Below, piece after piece: positions 58,932 through 64,000 of a stretch of 64,000 nucleotides of DNA (its first letter is position 1; every line of letters starts with the position of its first letter). Under the pieces are notes generated by a model. That model saw only the letters and a list, made by a program, of their open reading frames with translations, was not told the DNA's origin and made no database searches. A program made the position numbers and the translations under genes. Where the stretch lies: positions 18,600,995-18,664,994 of the forward strand of contig OZ037765.1 in assembly GCA_964035545.1 (NCBI GenBank), written 5' to 3'. Source of the DNA: Bugula neritina. Lineage: Eukaryota > Animalia > Bryozoa.

Positions 58932-61900
58932 CCATAATCTAGGTTAAAGTAATGATGCACAATGATAATGAAGATTTCTTTTAAACTTTATGACTATGAT
59001 GATAAAAATTTAAATAACTATATACTTTATCTTAAACCTAATGTATGTTTATCATTATATCTTTTGACTATACTCATGGTTTGATGACAATTAAGTTAAA
59101 AAAAATTACATTACATTTACATCAACATTAATAATCATAATGCAAATAAAATAATAAAAGATAAATATCAAAATGTTACTATCAATTTGACTTTATTTAT
59201 TTTGAATTTAAAGTATTTATTACAATAATAAATAATTTTAAAAATACTTAAAAGTATTATTAGAACTATTCATTATTGCAAATGTAATAAAATTAAATAC
59301 ATCAAATTCAACATAAATTAAAATCAAGGTACTATAGTCTTAGAGTGAGACTTGTAGTAGTTCTGATGTTCAGTTGTTGTGACTTAAAATTTACTGAATT
59401 CAGTTATTTATTTTCATGGTCATGTTGATTACAACAACTAATGCTATAATTTAAATGATTATCCAACAGGACAAATTAAAATAACTAAAAAAATCCTTTT
59501 ATGATTATCTTTTAACTTAAATTAGAAAATTCGCAACAGGCGATATAACTATAACTATAAGTATAAGTGTAAGTAGTGATGATTAAAAAAAATTATTCTT
59601 CTACTTAAGTCTTAGGTTAACATCAACTTAAACTTTATTAGCCTCATTTACTCAAAGGTAACACTAGCAGTAAAACTAGTATTACAATAAGTATAACATT
59701 AACACTAACACTAACAGTAAGTGTAACCTTGAAGTTAATTGTCTGCATGTGCTACTAGACAAAATCATTTAAAATTGTACAATGAATTTTGTAATGAATA
59801 TTACCTTTTGAATCATACTATACTATCAATTTTACAATCAAAACATATTGATACCCTCTCCCAGAAATACGGCAGCAAATTGGTAATCAATGAAGGAAAC
59901 TGTGCTAGCATAGTAGGTACTGACTGCAACAAAATTATGGGCTGATTTTTGTCGCCTGGTGAGCATTTGATGCGTTACAACTATTGGTAACGTCTTATAC
60001 AAAATACTAGACAGGTATAGCCAACTCCGACGTACTTTTGTCTGCTGATAGATGCATTGTATAATGGTACCAAGCATCGAACTCAATAATATCTAGCTCA
60101 ATAATATTCCAGCTCAGTGGTACCAAGTATAAGGTTATCTCATCATAACTAACAAGTTGTAGACAATGGAGCCTTCCTAAAGCTTAAAACTAAGACTATA
60201 ATAATGATTATGGATAACTATCAATTATGGTGATTCAACGAAAAAACATTTGAGCTCTAACAACCTATACTAACTTAGCAGTATAATTTGAGCCCTACAC
60301 TTCCAGAATAATTATTCAAATATATTGAACCCAAATAATGAACCAATTATTAAATGCTTATTACTCCATACTAGACAGGGGATTTTTTGGCTTATGTGAT
60401 CCAATAGGTCGAACTTGTGTAAATGGAAAATTCTTGTATTTTCTTTGTCCTCTCGAAGATTATAAAACTTTATTGCTTGAGGTTTTGTCATATCATTGTA
60501 AGCAATAACTACCATAAAAACCATGGTAAAAGTAATATGTGACAGCTTCACTTACTATGAAGACATTTTTATGAGTTGTGTTAATTTTCATTGTTGCTAG
60601 CATATAACAAATTTGAAGTTTTTATACGTTAGCTGTTGACTGCAAGTTAGCTTATATGTATTTGTTATATAATTACTTTAAGACAATAAAGCTATTAAAG
60701 ATTATATATATTAATTTAATATTGATCAGTCTACTGATGAACCAAAAGCAGACTTTCAGGCCAGACTTAGTTATAGATTTTGATAATATAAAAATTTGTA
60801 AATGCTCATTTTTGGTATAATAATAGTTTGATGATAAGAATATTATGCAGTCAACATGAAATTTTGATTAAAATTAAATGGTTTAATCATACATTCATAG
60901 ACTATAATATATTAATCTCATCATAAAAAACCTGCTTCTTGGGTTTAAATAAGACATAGTCCAAGAATAAGTTTAAGAAAATTATTTATATATCTATGAC
61001 TGCAAATAAAATTTTTACTATGACTGAATAAAAGCTATGTTAAAACAATTTGCCTAATAGCAACAAATGGATGCCCTTATATTGGCAATGTCCATGTGTG
61101 ATGTTTTAATTTGTAAGTTTCTAGGACTCTTCAACTTCACTATTTTACTTGTTACTTGTTAGTCTAGCAACTTGGCTTTAAACAATATAGAACTTAATTT
61201 TTTTATAGGCTTATAATTATGAAGAGGCAGGGCATTTGAATACATGCAAGAAATGTTAACTTGTAGCATTTACCTTATTGCTAGTACAGTATATATTTCA
61301 CATATTATGTGTAATGGAGCATTTGATAAAATATAAACTATATTATATGTAAAAAATACATAGCACATTTTGTCATACAGATCTCAAAACATTCCATTTT
61401 ATTAGAGTTATAAAGAGTTCAATTAATTATTATATATTTGACTATGTAGTTTAATGACAATTATAAGTGTACAGGAATGAATTAATATTTTATTACCCTT
61501 TTTGCATGTTGAATAATTTTTATGGAAGTTGAAATAACACAGTGCCTATTCTATAATTAAATAATTAGGCGTTTCTGAAAGAAGATCTTTCAGGTCAAAG
61601 GTGCAACTAAACATTGAAACATTGTCACTAGTTAGTGTTTGGTAAATTTAGAGTTGAAAACCTATTTTCACGTTAAGGCAATTAATTGATTTACTATAAA
61701 TCTAGTAATAGTTGAAAAAAAACAGTATCACTCCCCTAATTGGTAAGTTGCTAAAATAATTGTTCCCACATACTTCTCTTTTGATGATGCTGGGTCTGTA
61801 GTAATTAACAAATCATTTTAAAAAAGATTTGACTTTTTAAACCCTAATTTTATAAAGTAATGGTAACTATTTTCGTGTGCCTAACAACTATTTTTACCTT

Positions 61901-63571
61901 ACACCTTAAAGAATGGTAACCCTTTAAAAAAACAGTTATGCAACTCAGAGTGCTAAAATATTTGTCTGCATCAAACAATTTTATTTTTCATTACTTACCA
62001 TTTTAAAAGCTTTTCAAAACTGGCTTACTATATAATTTTACAAACAATATTAATTATGACAGAGCAGGCACTGTCTGCACCATGTAGACAACTACAAAGT
62101 AAGACTTGAACTTAGATAATTCATAAAATAAACCCTAAATCAATTAATATATTATAGATTAATATATAAAGATGTTTGTTGTAAATACTTTATATATTAA
62201 TATAAAGTTTGCACTTAGCATTATACATTAGGTACTATTTTTGATCAAACTGAGTGTTTGAAATTTTATAGTTTGGAGTTTGGGCCACAGCCAAATAGAA
62301 TAGACAACTCCTTTGCAAAAATTCGATATGGAGTATATTATTTAATTTGTAAATATACCGCTTTTTGTGACTATCGCAAAGGATATATTGAAATTAATGA
62401 TTTTAAAATTATTTCAACCAAACCTTACAATATAATGTTAGTAGGACAATGTGAGCAAATGGATTAAATGAAATGTGCATAATTATGATACATTTATATC
62501 CATGCGATAGCCTACTTACCCCACAAGTCAACTTGTTTATTTTTACCAGCTCCACATTCTCAGCTCCTGCTGCCATCACTAGAGTTGTTCATTAAGGATG
62601 TTGCTGCTAAAGGTAGTCTTACACAAATACTTATAGCTTACTACTTAGCCACTGCACCAGTTAAGGATTTATTAAAGCCAGCCAGATGCTACTGAGTGCA
62701 AAAATTTGATTGATGACAGCCAACTGCATAGTGATTGTGTCATCATTGCTTAAGGGCATTCAAATTCTTCAGAGAAAATTTAGCTACTAGCCCTCAAAAT
62801 GTAACATGTAAGCAATTATGAATTGTGACCCTACACTGCCATATATTTGCCATCTTTAAAATCAAGCAGTTATTAAAGTGCTTCTGCTGTAACAGTAAGG
62901 CTACTTTCAACAGTTATATTATACTACAAGTAATGCATTGTTGAAGTTTTAAGGCCTAGACAAGTTACAGGTGTAGTCCAGCTACATTGTGATTCATGCC
63001 AGGTGCATACTTTCACTAATGTACAAGTCACAACATTTGTGGAGCAGATGAGAAACTTGATTACTATAACATACTTTCACAATCAATCTAATTTGCAAGG
63101 TGGGCAATGGGTCTAATCTACACAAACCTTTGCATTGTTTTAGATCATCTATATTCTGTTTTATTCCTTATGTAACAATGCCAATTTTAGTCTAGTTCTC
63201 ATTATAGAAAAATAAAATACTTCAAACTTATTAAAAATTTACTGTAATACCCATGGCAAATGATTGCATACAAAATAAAAAGCTTAGATTAACCACAACA
63301 TAAAATGAAAAATGGCTAAGTGAAATATTTCAATCACATTTGGAAAATTGTGGAATTTGAGTAACAAGAAAAGTAAAGTAAAAGTAAAACTTGCCAGTTG
63401 ACAAAATAAAATAAGTATGACACTGTTGGAAACATATTACTGGAACATCTCAAATAATTATCGATTGTGCAAACATTGTGCAAATAAATTCAGCTAAACT
63501 GTCTAATATCATGGTTATATACTACTATAGACTTTCTCTAGAGCTTTTCTCGCCAGCAGGAGTTGGAAAAA

Positions 63572-63730
63572 TTAATTTCCTTTCTTCTGCATATCTCTGG
63601 TCATGAGACAGGCAAAGACAGTGAGGATCATTTTAGGTTTCACTTCGACAATATCTTCTGGAAGAGCATAGATTCGAGCTCCTATCTTTCGACCCATTGA
63701 TATGGCATACTTGGCATTGGCAAGTCGATC
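63572..63730 (-). CDS. PLS: Plastin/fimbrin, terminal coding exon (end of the fourth CH domain); rest of the gene lies beyond the right edge
   Basis: After acceptor ttttatag it reads [52 protein letters not shown], the hallmark plastin C-terminus. Missing from the ORF track. Confidence 0.95.
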   Translation of the reverse strand, partial: DRLANAKYAISMGRKIGARIYALPEDIVEVKPKMILTVFACLMTRDMQKKGN

Positions 63731-64000
63731 CTATAAAAGTAATTCTCAATTTTACAAACTTGAAAGTTATAAAATATAAAACAAGATATATAGCAAATGC
63801 AGAACAACTATAGTGGTTAGAATAAAATATTCAAAAACTAGCAAGCATTTTGATTTTTTACATTGAATGGTACAAAATTTTGAGTAAAAAAAATTACTGA
63901 CCAAATGCAAATTCATGGCAGGTTTCACTATAAGTAATCAATTAAGTTTGACATGTTGCTCAGGTACTTTTTTTTTAGAAAAGATGGTAATAAGAATTTA

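Overview
AT-rich eukaryotic (invertebrate metazoan, probably lophotrochozoan; taxon is inference only) genomic DNA with intron-rich genes and GT-AG splicing. Most ORF-track entries are single exons or noise. Exons stitched by hand with consistent phases give seven genes: (1) the 5' ~1030 codons of an alpha-2-macroglobulin/TEP-family gene of the Mcr/TEP6 type, with an LDLa module and a dead thioester site (- strand, running off the left edge); (2) NEDD8 (+); (3) a CCDC192-like coiled-coil gene (+); (4) a convergent basic protein of unknown family (-); (5) a two-exon LRR-Ig type I membrane receptor (-); (6) a ~1150 aa type II membrane protein with a cytoplasmic NPxY motif, seven group-A SRCR domains, mucin-like linkers and several micro-exons (-); (7) the last exon of plastin/fimbrin (-). 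Non-coding features include 17-nt minisatellites, (TA)n tracts, tRNA-derived SINE heads, a perfect 47-bp inverted repeat and a possible BED-finger relic. The most unusual signal is a recurrent 14-mer, GTAATACTAATAGT, embedded in 6-nt-periodic tracts and found on the sense strand near the 5' ends of several unrelated genes. No CRISPR, rRNA or prokaryotic features were seen.
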